Shown: piece by piece, positions 1 through 13,474 of the stretch | Layout: each line of letters opens with the position of its first letter | Numbering within the stretch: the first letter of the stretch is position 1 | Source: Vermamoeba vermiformis | Taxonomy: Eukaryota | Direction of reading: 5' to 3' | DNA length: 64,000 nt | Assembly (NCBI GenBank): GCA_045837725.1 | Contig: JBEWZL010000235.1 | Location: forward strand, 310,001 to 374,000 | The notes under the pieces: model-generated | Databases searched by the model: none | What the model saw: only the letters and a program-made list of their open reading frames with translations | What the model was told of the DNA's origin: nothing | Program-made: the position numbers and the translations under genes

Positions 1-3000
1 CCAACACCGTCTTTCTCAATGATCAAGCTGTGGTATTTTGGATCTAACAGAAACATTATTAACACAAAAAAAATAAATAAATTGACGACAGAATATACAT
101 ACTGTACGACACAAGGTATGCAATGGCTGCGTGGAAGAACGAGAGCGGAATTTCTCTTGCAGTGTCTAAGAACTTCTCAATCAAGGGCTCGCGACCGTCT
201 TCGAACAACAAATCTGCCAGGCTCGGTTAGTCTAAGTGATATATTATATGATAGTATCGATTAACACGTACTGATCATTTGAGTCCTTGAATGAGCATAA
301 GCGACCAACGTAAATCCAGCTTCACGAATTCCAAGCAACTGCACATGGCTGGGTTAGCACGGAGTTTTATCAGTATAGCAATCATTGGACTTACTTCAGA
401 GGACATCAAGTCAGACATGGTGCTGAACACTTCTTCAGACATGATTTGTACAATGTTTTCTATATATGTAAGGTTAGCATGGTGGCGTCAAGTGACGGAT
501 CTGCAGTATTACTCACCGTGAATCATGCAGCGATAGAACAAGTTAGCGGCGCTGTATTGTACATCGGTATATTCGTGTTTAGTATACTGAACGAATATTT
601 GATCGACACCTTCGTTGATAAGCAGATCTTGGATGTCGGCGGCTACGAACATTTTCATCAGCAATCAGTCTTATTAATATGCTATTGATATAAGCTAGGT
701 ACTTACATAATCTTGACAAGGTCGTTAAAAATCTTAATAAAGTGCCAGTCAACAAAGGATCAGTTTCTCGTCGAAGTAACTCAAGCGATCTCGGCGCGAA
801 GAATTCTCGCTCCAAAATATCAGTCTTGTATTTTTCTATTATTCAATATTAGCATGATATAAATACAGCAATTAATAACAGTATTACCGTCATTGGCAAA
901 GTCCAAAAGAGTTCCGACAGCCATGTGCCAAGCAGCGGGCTCGACGTAATCAGCATTGAAGATAAAACCTAGCGCGTTGATAGAATCCGGATAGTCCATG
1001 ATCATAGCTCTAAGGTCCTCTATAATAAATTAAAATTAAATTAATAGCCAGAAAGGATGTCGATGCTATTTGCTTCTTTGGACTTAAGTCTTACCAGAAT
1101 TTGAGGCGCAGAAAAAGCTCGAAGCCACCCATTTAAGTACTTCAGGGTCATGTTCATGAGTCAGTACCATCGTAATCATATCATCAAAGCTCGTAACAGC
1201 TGCTGATCCACCGACTGAGACTTGAGGCATAACTTTATTCGAATATGAGATTAATATTATGCTTATAAAAGAACTCATCGTTATTTACGTACCGTATTGT
1301 TTCTTCAACATGCCGCTACATTATAACAAAAAAATATTAGTAATTGATCCGGAGTTACAGATTCAAGTGTACTTTGGGTTATAATACTTACGCAGGGTAT
1401 TGTCTATCATAATAACATTCTAAGAATCCATGAGAACGCAAGAAGAGCCAAATAATCGATGCTTTAAACGCTCTGCCTTCGCGTTCGAGCAGTTGTCTGT
1501 AACCTTCAAGTGTCACTTTGCCATCGACTAAATATTGCGGATTTAATGCAGTAATTTCATTTTGGACTGCTTGGAAGTAACTGTCTTCATGGTCCGTGCC
1601 AAACAGATCATTCTAAGAAAAATAAAAAAGATCAGATCCACGAACAAAAAACTATTCTTAAAATAGCGTTGTTGTCTTACATAAAATTCCATGCATTCTG
1701 CTGCGTTTAACATATCGTCTCCGTCTTTATCGTAGTGGCGGAAAATCGTTGTCATGAAGTCGCGAACGTAAGGCAAAAACTAATTCGATAAATTAATAAC
1801 ATAGGAATAATAATAATAGGGATGGATAAGAGTATAAACTTACGCCGTTTTGACGAGATTGAATGGATACTAATGGATATAGCATGACTGAATCTGCGAC
1901 GTCGATAATTTCGTTGCATCCGCTAGGAGTTGTTGGCGAGCATATCATAGACCCCTCATACTAGTATTATGACATATATTAGTATTTATGAAGCTATTAT
2001 AAATAAGTTTATAGGTATTGTACCTCGTAATTAGTCTTCAAAAATGCGAGTATTTCGTTCATTTCCTCGGTCAAAGTCAACACGACATCGCTCTTAGTAC
2101 CAACAACTATAATGGGGATCTCGAATTGGCAGTACCTATAATATAATTTAAGATTAGATAAGTCTATGTGTATTCATTATATGGCAAAAAATGAGGTTAA
2201 ACATGACACTTCGCAACGAGGAAAAAAATTGTTTGGGCTACGTTTTGATTTGTTATCGTTATTATTAATTAATTTAGCTATATATGGAGTTATATTTACC
2301 GTCTAATTTCATTGGCCCAAAAGTCGCGTAATCTTTGCAACGATTGTGCATTGTCCATCGAATAAAACAACAGAATCAAATCGCATTGCAAATAGTTTTC
2401 TCTAATTCGTTTCATTTGCTCCTCATTTGTTTCTAAATAATAATCATATCAGCATTATAAGGACGAGTATTATTATAGTCGTATTTTCGTACCTTCAGTA
2501 AATTCCGTGTCCAAATATTGGAAATTAAATCGCAATTTCGTTTCAAAGGCAGCAGCCAATGCCTTCTTATACTATATAGTGTATATTTTAATTAGTATGC
2601 CTTAGAAAGTTTCATAGTAATGCCGTACCATTTTCTTTTCGGGATCTGCGACTTTTTCGTTATTATAATTTCGCGCGCGTTCCTCAAATACGCCATTAAT
2701 ATAAGAGGTCTTGCCAGTCTTAGCTAAATAATAATATTAGCGTTAGAATCATAGTAGCACCTGAATAATTTTCAAATAATATTCTCATGTGAGCCCTACC
2801 ATCGCCTAATAATAAAATATTCGAATAACGACATTTGTAGCGCCAAATTCTTCTCGTGACGCTCGTCAATCGCCGCAAAAACATTGATTTCCAGCTCGGC
2901 TCTGATGGAAACTTCTCGAGTGGCATCCAGTACCTACCACACGTTCCATTATTAATAAGAATATAACGAAGCATATATCAATTAAAAGATTCCGTAGTTT

Positions 3001-3428
3001 GGTAATATCTAATTTTTAAAAGAATAAGGAAGGAAGATATTTGAGGTGAACTGTCAAAAAAATCAATTTATTACAGGAATTTAATTAATGCTTCATTCAG
3101 CGTATTAATGGCAACTACGAGCAAAGTCCACAGTAATTAATATTATTTTAATTCAAAGAAAAAATTTGTTAAGGATCTTGGATCTTTTCGGCCGAAAGAA
3201 CCGGCGAATCTTATTCAATAGCGGGTTTTGCATATGCTTGTATTAATGTTTTAAAATGAGTGACGTTTGAAACAAGTGATAAACTTACTGAGTATAATGG
3301 CCCTTCCAAACAGTCTCATCTCGAGCAAAGTCAGCCCATTGTTTGTTGACCGTGGCAGCGTTACAAAGCTCGCTAGGCGGCAAGAACGAGAGTAGTACTC
3401 GTTGCAAGTCGCGTGGTAATGTCTCCAT
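1..3428 (-). CDS. Multi-exon F-box + Miro-like GTPase + EF-hand + armadillo-like repeat protein; the 3' end runs off the window
   Basis: ATG at 3428 gives METLPRDLQRVLLSFLPPSELCNAATVNKQWADFARDETVWK (F-box). Intron 3288-2934 joins it in frame to YWMPLEKF...ILLLGD|AKTGKTS (P-loop). Later exons give CDLILLFYSMDNAQSLQRLRDFW, IPIIVVGTKSD, an EF-hand FRHYDKDGDDMLNAAE, and ARM-like IQDLLINEGVDQIFVQYTKHEYTDVQYSAANLF. Confidence 0.8.
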
Positions 3429-3744
3429 GCTTGAATTAATATATTAAAGCTTAAATGGCGAATCGAACAAAAAAAATTGCTCGCTTGTGAGTTCAGTCCT
3501 TTTGAAATCTCTGGCACGATCACATCAACAGTCCCAAAATTCGGTGCATTATCGTACCATATAGTGGCTCGAGGGCCTTGCAGTAGCGGAAGAGATCATT
3601 TTTTATTAAATTTCGATTGAGAAGGATGCCAACTTTTCAAGCCATTAGACCACGTCAGAAAAATGTCAGAAAAATGGCATAAATATGTGAAGAGTAGTTG
3701 TATCATTTCGTTTTGTTTGTAGCCATAGTAAGAAGCGCACAGCA

Positions 3745-5509
3745 ATGGATTGGCAAACGTTAGTTGACGATACTCGCTCTACACAGAAATACACAAGAGA
3801 AAGAGTACTTAGAGAACATAAATTCAAAGTGAAGTGTACTGAAAATCAGCAGTTCGCACTTCTACGCATCGATGTATCGGATCAGCTGTATTTGGATTCG
3901 CTCAACCTGGTTTATCTCGACGAGGACGGAGAAAAATCCCTGGGAGGTAATGTGTAACATGCGTTGATATAATTATTAACATATTATATCATAGAGGGTC
4001 TTGGAATAGTGAGTAATATTACAAAACATTTTCTGTTTTTATCACCTCGATCTGGGAAATACAAAATTCAAGCAAAAGGAGCTCAATATACATGTAAGAC
4101 AGTCAAATTTATTTAGTCATACAATATTATAACGATATTTAGACTCAATTCAGGCTCTGGACAGTAAACTTTTGCTTCCTCCAGTGATCCACCGCATCTA
4201 CTCGCCTTTTGACGTTTACGTTGGCTTTGATAAGCGAATCGAACTATTTAGTAAACGTGTACTGTATCGTTCTGAGTATGAGGAGCAATTTACCACGGTT
4301 ACGGACTTGTAAGTGAAGATTAATTTCTACACTTTGACACTCACGCTTTTTTTTCCAGATCTGACAAAAAGTTTGCGTAAGTCTGGGTTTTTAGAGTAAC
4401 TAATATTTACGGCTAGTAATTAATATCTAATTATAGTCACGTTGGAGGCTTAGATGGGACAAAAACATATGAATTCAAAGTCCAACTGTTTATTCCAAAT
4501 TTGATTGAAACAAAAGAGAGCGAGAGCATTAAGATATCAAATACGAGCTCAATTATAACGAAATTTCATCCCGATGAATTCTTATTGAATTCAATGCTGA
4601 AGTTTGTTGCTCCAGATGTACCTCCAAGCACGTACGTAACTAAAATGCTGTTTTAATTAGAGTTAAAGAGCTGACTTAATTTCATATAGTTGTAATGTTG
4701 TTCTTCGAGTCAGATTTCCATTTGAGGACTGGATGCAGTTCTCACCAAAAAAGGCGAGATCCGCTTATAACTATGATATGAGGGATATTCATGGCGAAGG
4801 AGATGACAGCGATGACGACTATGACGAAGCAGTTTATTATTATGGTGAACAATTTTACTTAGTATTTCGATTAGAAGACCAATTATACGACAAATTGGAT
4901 AAAGATACCACAGTTGAATGGCAATTAATATTCCAAGAAAAATCAACGCAACGAACGATCAGTGGCCCGATTGTATCATCTTTATTGAAGAAGCGACCAA
5001 AAGGATACGAATCGTTGCCGAAGTCAATGCATTTTCAAAATGAGACCCAAGACGCTTATTTTCATTTAGGCAAAAACGGCGAGTTCCAGTACGGAGATTG
5101 GAAACACCAGAATTGTGATATTAAAGGCAGATTTACGATCGAATCTACCAACGTACGGTATTTACAACTGACGATAATCCCACAAACGAGTTTTAACCGA
5201 CCAATATACAATTTAAACTTGAATCGTGGATCGAACCACAAAATATTTTCAGTTAAAGAAGTCCTTGATATAATTCTAGACTACGTTGTAACAACCCAAA
5301 ATGATGCAGTACATATCAGCGATATTGTACGTCTCAATTTAGTTAACAAAGAATGGTACGATAGTGTTCGCCGAGTACTGAAGATCCGCGCAACATTTTT
5401 CTTCGACGAGGGATTGGTCATTGCCCATTGGATAGTAATGGCAAACAAAGTCTCCGATATGAAGATTTTTAATAGTTATGATAGAATCTATGACGACGAT
5501 GACGAATAA
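3745..5509 (+). CDS. Multi-exon protein with an FN3-like module and a C-terminal F-box-like motif
   Basis: Six exons splice in frame, including an 18-nt micro-exon near 4359-4376. HVGGLDGTKTYEFKVQ resembles an FN3 strand. IFSVKEVLDIILDYV...LNLVNKEWY is F-box-like. Confidence 0.6.
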
Positions 5510-5849
5510 ACATTAAAATTTTAAGATCCAGGTACTTGACTAAGTATCTTCGCCCAGTCTTTGGCTTTTCCTAGTAAATCTAGCATGAGCTGCAACAATA
5601 ACATATTTGGAGATCTATTTGAGATCAGTAGCAGATCGTAGTTCAAAAGGGAGGTATTTACCAGTTTAAGGTACGAAGTTTTTGTCTATGGAGTACCGAG
5701 TCTAGATAGCTAACGAAACAAAATGGGTTGGGGGGATAGTACGTAGCATATAAGTATAGTCAGTTACCAGGTTAGCTTTCGCAAGCGGTGTCAAAAGTGG
5801 ATCCTGCACGAGTTAAAACTTACTTTCTCTCTTTAGCTATGAAGTTTAT

Positions 5850-7334
5850 TTACAGTCTAATGTCATCTATAGCTGTTTCGACATTGGTATTATTACACGC
5901 GTACAAACATCCCTTGTGCATCATCTCGTATAAGAACGTGTCAGGTGCGATCTTTCTGTTTTTGATCACCTGATTGAAGTAATGATACACGTACGATCGT
6001 TTCTCGACATTTTCACGCAGTTGAGGCAATCCAGGGTCTTTAGGATTCAAGTCAACGCGTGGTTGGAACCATGAAATAGGGTAGAATTGGTACTGATCTG
6101 TGAACACTGAAATTGACGCTGTGCCGAGTGGTTCATTAGGAAGGGTCACATCGCCGCCTAAAATACTTGGTGTTAATATGGGTGATGTATAAGGCATTTG
6201 ATGAGCAGTACCGATGATGAAAGGAGTCGGGATCCATCTGACCATCATTGGATCCAGTTGACCCCAACCGATAACGCATCGAGTCATCAGTGCTGGACCA
6301 GCTATGCCCCATACATTCACATCATACGTTCGTATAAGAGTGTGCATCGCATAATACAAGAACGGATGTTGCCGATCGAACATTAATACGGCTCCTATAT
6401 GGAAGAATCTGTTAGTTTAGGACTCTAAATTAATCTAATTACATAAATTACTGCAATTTTAAAATATCTTTCGAAATGATTCGCTGTACACAAATTGTTT
6501 ACCGTTCAAATCGCCTCCGCCACCTCCTTGATATCCAATCGTGTTCCTAATCTTGTCTACAGGCTTTAATAAGAACGCGTCTGTATCCAAGTAGACTCCT
6601 CCGTATTTCCATAGAAGGGCGATTCGCATGGCATCCGTCAAATGGCTGAAGAAATTTTTGTGGTTCTTGATTTTGGAATCTTTCATTGACATATCTATCC
6701 ATCGCTCTAAAGGTGTATGTTTGAATATTTTATCCGCATCCAATTGATGAAGGATAAATTTGAAACGAGATGCATAAAACGAGAAGTCATTGCTAGTCAT
6801 ATCTTTCGTAAGCACGTGGACTGTCGCGTTAGGATGGTAGTAATATATGCTATCAATGACTCTATAATGCTTTAACTTCCAATCTTTTCTTGATGTTGAC
6901 CAGATCAGCCAAAAATTCATCGTCGACTCACATCTGAGTTCCATCAGCATTTCGTCCGCGTTAGGATCTAGTGAAGCATGATAACATTCATCCCCACCTA
7001 AGTCCATAAACTCATCTGTTATTGGACTTTCAAAATTTGGTTTGGTTTGGAGGTAGTTTATGGGCGTGCAGCCGGCAGTAGCTGATATTGGTGCAGATTG
7101 CTGTCTTGGAGGCTGAGGAGGCTTTTGAGGCTGATTTATGGGTTGTATTGAATTGACCGGAGATGGCGATGTATCCGAGTTGTTTCTTGGATGTGACGCG
7201 TCTGTATCTCTTAACGGGTTATCCTTGACATTCAGTCTTGAGCTAATTAAATACACAAAGGATAATAAAATAGCAATCGCGGCTATTGTATACAATCCTT
7301 TTTTTGACGTCAACATCCGGCTCGGAGAAGACAT
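5850..7334 (-). CDS. GT32 alpha-1,4-glycosyltransferase (DXD motif, A4GALT/A4GNT-like), paralog 1
   Basis: Type II membrane anchor and Pro-rich stem. SHLTDAMRIALLWKYGGVYLDTD motif. One intron 6502-6395 gives NG|AVLMFDRQHPF and WGIAGPALMT. Confidence 0.9.
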
Positions 7335-7772
7335 GCTTGCTTCAATAATTAAACAATCGTTCGCGTTTACTATTAAGCAGACGTCTTCTGTTCGTGCAGG
7401 ATTGATAATGAATATAAAAGATAAATTTGGTTGACATTGACGTGAGTTTCGGTAAAGATTGGGAATTAGCGCAATAAATCCTCCATTTTTCCGTTTAGAT
7501 ACGTTGCGCAACCAATGAGTCAATTGAAGTTGGTCTTGTGCGATCAAGTTTAGCTTCGTTCAATACAATTGAAGAAGAATTCACATCATTCTGCAGGTTG
7601 AAGTTCCAAAGATACGATTAGCTCAAATATGTTAGAATACACAAGGAAAGGCATCAAAGAAAAGATAATAAATGACGCTGAATCTTGAGCGTTGACGGCA
7701 ATAGCGGATCTCATACGACTAATTGGACCTCATACTAGTCTATTTTTGCTTGTTCATTCACAAATTCCTCAT

Positions 7773-9256
7773 TCAGAACTTTATGTCGTCTATATTCGTC
7801 TCTACATCATTATTATTACATGCCAGCAAACATCCTCGTTGCATCAGCTCGAACAAGTACGTGCCGGGCGCGATCTGCTTTTTCCATATCTCCAGCATAT
7901 GATTGAAGTAGTGATACACGTACGTCCTTTTCTCTACATCTTCGCGAAATTTAGGCACACCAGCATGATTTGGCTGAATATCCACTCGACCTTGGTTGTA
8001 CCATGTGATCGGGTAGAATTGGTACTGATCTGTGAACACCGATATTGACGCTGTGCCGAGTGGTTCATTAGGAAGAGTCCCATTGCTACCTACAGTAAGT
8101 TGTATTAATATGGGTGATAAGTAAGGCATTAGATGAGCAGTACCGATGATGAAAGGGCTCGGGATCCATCTGACCATCATCGGATCCAGTTGACTCCAAC
8201 CCATGGTAGTATATGTTAATAGCGTAGGACCAGCACTGCCCCATACATTCACATCATGATTGCGCGTAAGAGTGTGCATTACGTAATACAAAAACGGATG
8301 CTGTCGATCAAAGACGAGAACCGCACCTGCGATGGAAAAATAAGTTAGCCAATGCATTAGTATACTATTGCTCACGGCAGATATTATAAGTAATATGTAT
8401 AATTCGCTGGTGCATTGACTTTGCAGATTTCAAGCGAGATAGATCCGGAGATTTGTTTACCGTTCAATTCATTGCCATTTCCTCCTTGATAGCCAATCGT
8501 GTTCCGCACTTTGTCTAGCTTCTTTAATAGAATTGCATCGGTGTCCATATAGACACCTCCGTATTTCCAAAGCAGCGCCAACCGCATTGCATCCGTCAAA
8601 TGGCTGAAGAAATTTTTGTGGTTCGTGATAGCGGGATTATTCATCGCTGTTTTATGCCATCGCTCTAATGGTGTATGTTTGAATATTTTATCGAACTCCA
8701 GCGGGTGGTGAATCAGTTTAAAGCGGGATGTGTAAAACGAAAAATCGTCAGCAGTCATATTTTTTGTGAAAACATGAACTGTAGCATTTGGATGAAGTGA
8801 ATAAATACTATCTATCACTCGATAATGTTTCAGCTTCCAATCTTCTCTCGCTGTAGTCCACATCAGCCAAAAATTCATTTTGTAATTGTCACATCCGACT
8901 TCCGTTGCCAGCGTCTCCTCGCTAGATTTTATTGCACTATGATGGCATCCATCGTCGCCCAAATCCATGTATTGGTCTTTCGTTGGATTCGTCACTTTCG
9001 GTTTATACCTCAAATCTGGCTTGCAATATGGGGAGCTACTTTGCGGAGGGGTGCCCTGATTTATAGAAGGCGTAGATATTTGTGTTGCAGGCATGGGCTG
9101 ATTATTCGGAACATCTGACTCTGGATCATTAATATCTTCGATGCTGTAGGGTGAAGGCCGAAAACGAGGGACTACCATTAATGTGAACGATACTACTACC
9201 ATCACGGCTATGACGATAAACAATAACCTTCGTGAATTGCCGTGTGACTGAATCAT
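7773..9256 (-). CDS. GT32 alpha-1,4-glycosyltransferase, paralog 2
   Basis: SHLTDAMRLALLWKYGGVYMDTD motif. Intron 8460-8327 is at the same position as in paralog 1. WGSAGPTLLT. Confidence 0.9.
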
Positions 9257-9734
9257 TATTCGTTGGATTTGGTTTCGATCCGAATTTTGATTAACAAATA
9301 TACATTAAGCAGTTTGAAATCCTCTCCTTTGTTGCAGCTTAGTGTAAAGATAAAACTAAATAATTTCTTTTTTTTGTGTGAACATCGTGCGAGTGTCAAA
9401 GTGTCATTTTTCGGCCAGATTATCAATCAGTTTTCAATCTCTCCTACATATAAGCAACCAACTCAAATGTTAATTAATGTGCTGATTATGCATTCGCGGT
9501 TATATTGCAAAAGAATCAGTATACCTCGGATAATTATCGCGTCCAAATTCAGGTTATTTAATAAATTGTTAAATTTTAATCAAGTTATTACAATACAGTG
9601 TCGAATTTTTGATATGGTTCCGCACATAAGCCGCGTTGGATGTCAACTTTCAGACGTAACCAGAAAGATTGCTCCAAATATTATAACAATTCTATTATTA
9701 ATAAGGAAAATAATGAATTTTGAATTTTTAATTT

Positions 9735-12437
9735 TTACTTCTTTTTGCTATCTTTTTCCTTGGCAACGACAGAAGCCAACTGATTGAATTTCAGTTCGTT
9801 AAATATTTCTTCGACTGCCATTAGCATCTTGAACGATAATAGTAGCCCCTTAGTCTTCATAATATGAAACCAAGCCCAAATTAACTCGGCATTTTTTTCT
9901 TGCACGAGATCTCGCATGAGTAGATTGCTTAATTGTTCCAATTCTTCTCTTGGGTACTTATTGAATGGTTCGAATATACTATCGGTCATATTTGTCAGTT
10001 CTGCGTTGTTTGTTGAGAATTCCAAAAACGCATCGGATCCACTTCTTTTGTTCTTCGCCCAATTAGAATAATACGCTATAAAAACAGCTTTGATAACTTT
10101 AAAGTGCGGTATATCGACTTTAGCAACGGCTTTTTGAATGAATTTCAATGCTTCTTCGGGGTTATTTTCTTGCAGTTGTTTGCTGATAATGCTTAGGAAC
10201 GCATCCGGCGACAAAAATCTGAATTTGCTGTGCGTTTTTCGAAAGGCAGTCCATAAATCTATAGCGGCCTTGCTGCCCTTATGCTTTGCTACTGTCGCCA
10301 AATAAATATGATACGCTGGCATTGTAATTAATGGTCTGTAACTCGACGTGCCATCACGTGTCAATTTGTTCATGAAAAACTCGACTTTTTCGAAATCTTG
10401 TTTGCGGGCATAATGGTAGATAAGCGAGTTCAATAGTGGTGTATCTAATGAGTTCACTAATTGTTCGTAAGCTGGATCTTGTAACATCGAATCCACCAAC
10501 TCCAAGTTGAACGTTTGGTGGCCTATACAAAGTTAATAAATATAATCACAGGGATATGTATATGTATTATACGTACATGCTGTTATTATAGAGGTCATAG
10601 TAATGGCGCCATCGAGTTTGATATTCTCATTACGCATCCACTGGTAAAACGCGATAATTCTGCGGTAATCTTTCGCGTCTCTTAATTTGCGGATATAAAT
10701 TGAGCAGAAATTGCTGCTGGGTTTTAATCCTATGAGAAAATAACATTAAAACTTTGTCGAAATGAACGATACCGAAAAACTTTACAAATAAACGAGTAGT
10801 TAAGGTATATGCATGGCGATATGTGGTATATATTCATAGTATAGGAAGATAATTTAAATAGTATTTTGGGGTAATGTTAAATGTAGCAAAAAAAAAGTTG
10901 ACATTTGTGACACGTGTCAAACCCGAACGATTACTCGGCCATAAATAGCAATAAAAAGAGTTGGCACCAATTTAATAGGCGTTATTAGAATATATAAGAC
11001 TAATTTCGTTCATATTAATGACTTACGTAGCTCTACCATGCGCTGTAAAATCGTTTCGTTCGAATTTTGATCGCTGACAAAGAACAAACTCTCCATAATT
11101 TGACTCGTTAGCAGCGACAAATCACTTTGCGGCAATAATTTGAACAGTTTGTGTTGTTCTTCGGCCGTCAATGCTGAACTCGACACGAACAGTAAGGTCC
11201 AGATGTGTGTTGTGCGCGGTATGTGCATTAAAAACATTTGCGCGAGTGCTACCATGGCGTAATTTGATTTTTGCAGCATTGTTGTGGACTCCATTATGTG
11301 CTCATACAGTTGTGATCTGCAAACGAATTTTTTTTGTTAGCGACTGACCCGAATAGAACTTCGATACTAGTATTTAACCAATAGAAATTAGTATTTTTAA
11401 TAGTACTTATTTTATTAACGAATTGCCTAATTTGGAAGTGTACGCCTAAACGAGAATATTGGCTCGAAATAAAAAGAAAGTTTCCGACAGAAATAAATTA
11501 AATTAGAATATTTGTTAAAAAGATAAGCGTGTTATAAGATAAAGCGATCATGGCTTTGACTTACACTACGGCTAATTGTGGATCTGTCTCGGCAATTGGA
11601 CCTTCAGTTTTGTTCGCCAACAGCTCTTGAATGACCGTAAATAGCATTTGATGATTATTAATGAGTGCTTTGAGTTCATCAGAGGGCACGTAGTTAATGG
11701 TCGGTGAGATTGATTTCAATGCTGCTTCGAACAACTCGATCGGGAGCGGCAATTTGGAAGTGACGAGAATACGGATAAAATTGATATAAGTTGCTGCGTC
11801 GGGTTGGAAAAATTCTATAATAGGAATTACAGAAATTAGATACACGATTTTAATTTTTTTTTGGATCACGCGATCTGACGTACCGCCACGCTGAACAATA
11901 TGAAGCCAGCTTTCAAGACATCTATGATTAGGATAGTTCTGTTCCTTTACGATCTTATCCAAGTGAGCCGAGAATTGTTGAAGGTTATAAGTCGGATCTC
12001 TAGAGAAGAAATGAGCACGGGATCAGATCCACCAAAAATCAAAAAAAATAAATATTTATTAATTCTTTTAGATTATACGATACTTACGTGGGTACCCAAG
12101 TAAAATGAAGAATATTTGGATTAAACTCTCCTTTTTTGTAAACGTGATCTAGTTTTTCAGTTGGTTGTCTGTATTTTTCTTGCCTGCCTTGATTTCTATT
12201 TTTCCAAAATGGCCTTCTATTCGTATTATTATCATTCGTATTATTTACATTATTATCCTTATTGTTGGCATTAAATAAATTTTTGGATGTGTTATTTTCG
12301 TTATTATCTCCATTTTTGGTTTGATCTTTGGCCTGATTATTTCCTTTAAAATTCGTGGCTGCTAAATTAGCTGCTCCGCCGTTATTATTTCGTGAACTCA
12401 GCCTCAAAGTGGCTCGAATTAGTGCTCTGCTGAACAT
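9735..12437 (-). CDS. Pentatricopeptide-repeat-like protein, probably mitochondrial
   Basis: N-terminus MFSRALIRATLRLSSR looks like a mitochondrial targeting peptide. Helical repeats with PPR-like signatures: PDAATYINFIRIL, LNSLIYHYARKQDFEKVEFFMNKL, GLKPSSNFCSIYI. Multiple GT-AG introns. Confidence 0.65.
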
Positions 12438-12605
12438 GATCTTGCTTCACAAATATTATCTCGAGCTAATTTGTTATATATTACAATATTAATATAAATA
12501 ATATGTGTGGTTTTTGTTGCGCACCTTGCTCGAGTTCGTTGAAATGCGCCAGATTTTTGTTTAACATTTTTATTACCTCTCATCGGCACAAGTAACACAC
12601 ACAAT

Positions 12606-13474
12606 ATGAATTTAGCAGAAAATAAACCTATTCCAGTACCTCAATTCTTAAAATTTAATTGGCAACGGTTTTTATCGCAAATCACAGGTGACTTTAGATC
12701 GCGCGAAAAAAATCGGCGCTATTTTGTTCAATAATTTTAATAATATTATTTAGGCCCTATAATTGATGGTGCAATGGTATTGGCATTAAATCCAACGGAG
12801 GCAGAGCACGTGTAAGTGATACTAATTTTATTTATTTTTTTTATCGTCAGATCCCGATTTGATGTTTTACTAAACGGTTGAATAAGCTTACAGCGCTATA
12901 TATTATACTATATTTAATATTTTTATGTTAGAATTGTTTCTCAAGGCTTTACACAACCAAAGCTGGAAGAGTGCAGAAGAATTATCGAAAACTCAGCAGT
13001 TGAAAGCGTCTCAAAAGAGTTCTTTACAATTGACAATAAGAAATGTACGTATATTTAATACTCTGAGCTTATTAAATTATCACTAGCTGGATCAGATTCG
13101 CGAGTAACTTTCGGATCTTTCGAAATTTACTTCTGAATCCGACCTTATGATCTCAATCTTACCTATATTAATATTTATATACATAGATGTTATTACGACC
13201 ATCACAGAGCGTTATATGTACGGCAGATCCGTCGTGCCTAATCAACCAGCAGGCATTCTATTGTACAGAACTCAACGTGTGCTTGTTGTCGTCAGGTAAG
13301 CGAATATACTTCATATAATCCCTATATAGCGATATTGCCGTTATCAAGGCTATTTGAGTACCTCACGTACTGGCAACTAAGAGATTATTTTTTCTTAGGC
13401 ATCCGGGATCAACGAGAGGTAGCGACGTAATAGCACAAGTAGACCGACATATCGACGATATATTGCCACTGTAA
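12606..13474 (+). CDS. Divergent profilin-like protein
   Basis: Five exons give NWQRFLSQITGPIIDGAMVL...FTIDNKKYVITTITERYMYGR...GILLYRTQRVLVVVR...VDRHIDDILPL*. Size and strand pattern fit the profilin fold. Confidence 0.65.

Noticed and set aside
3251-3523. 90-aa ORF from the supplied track
   Set aside because: The real exon is in another frame (F-box starting at 3428).
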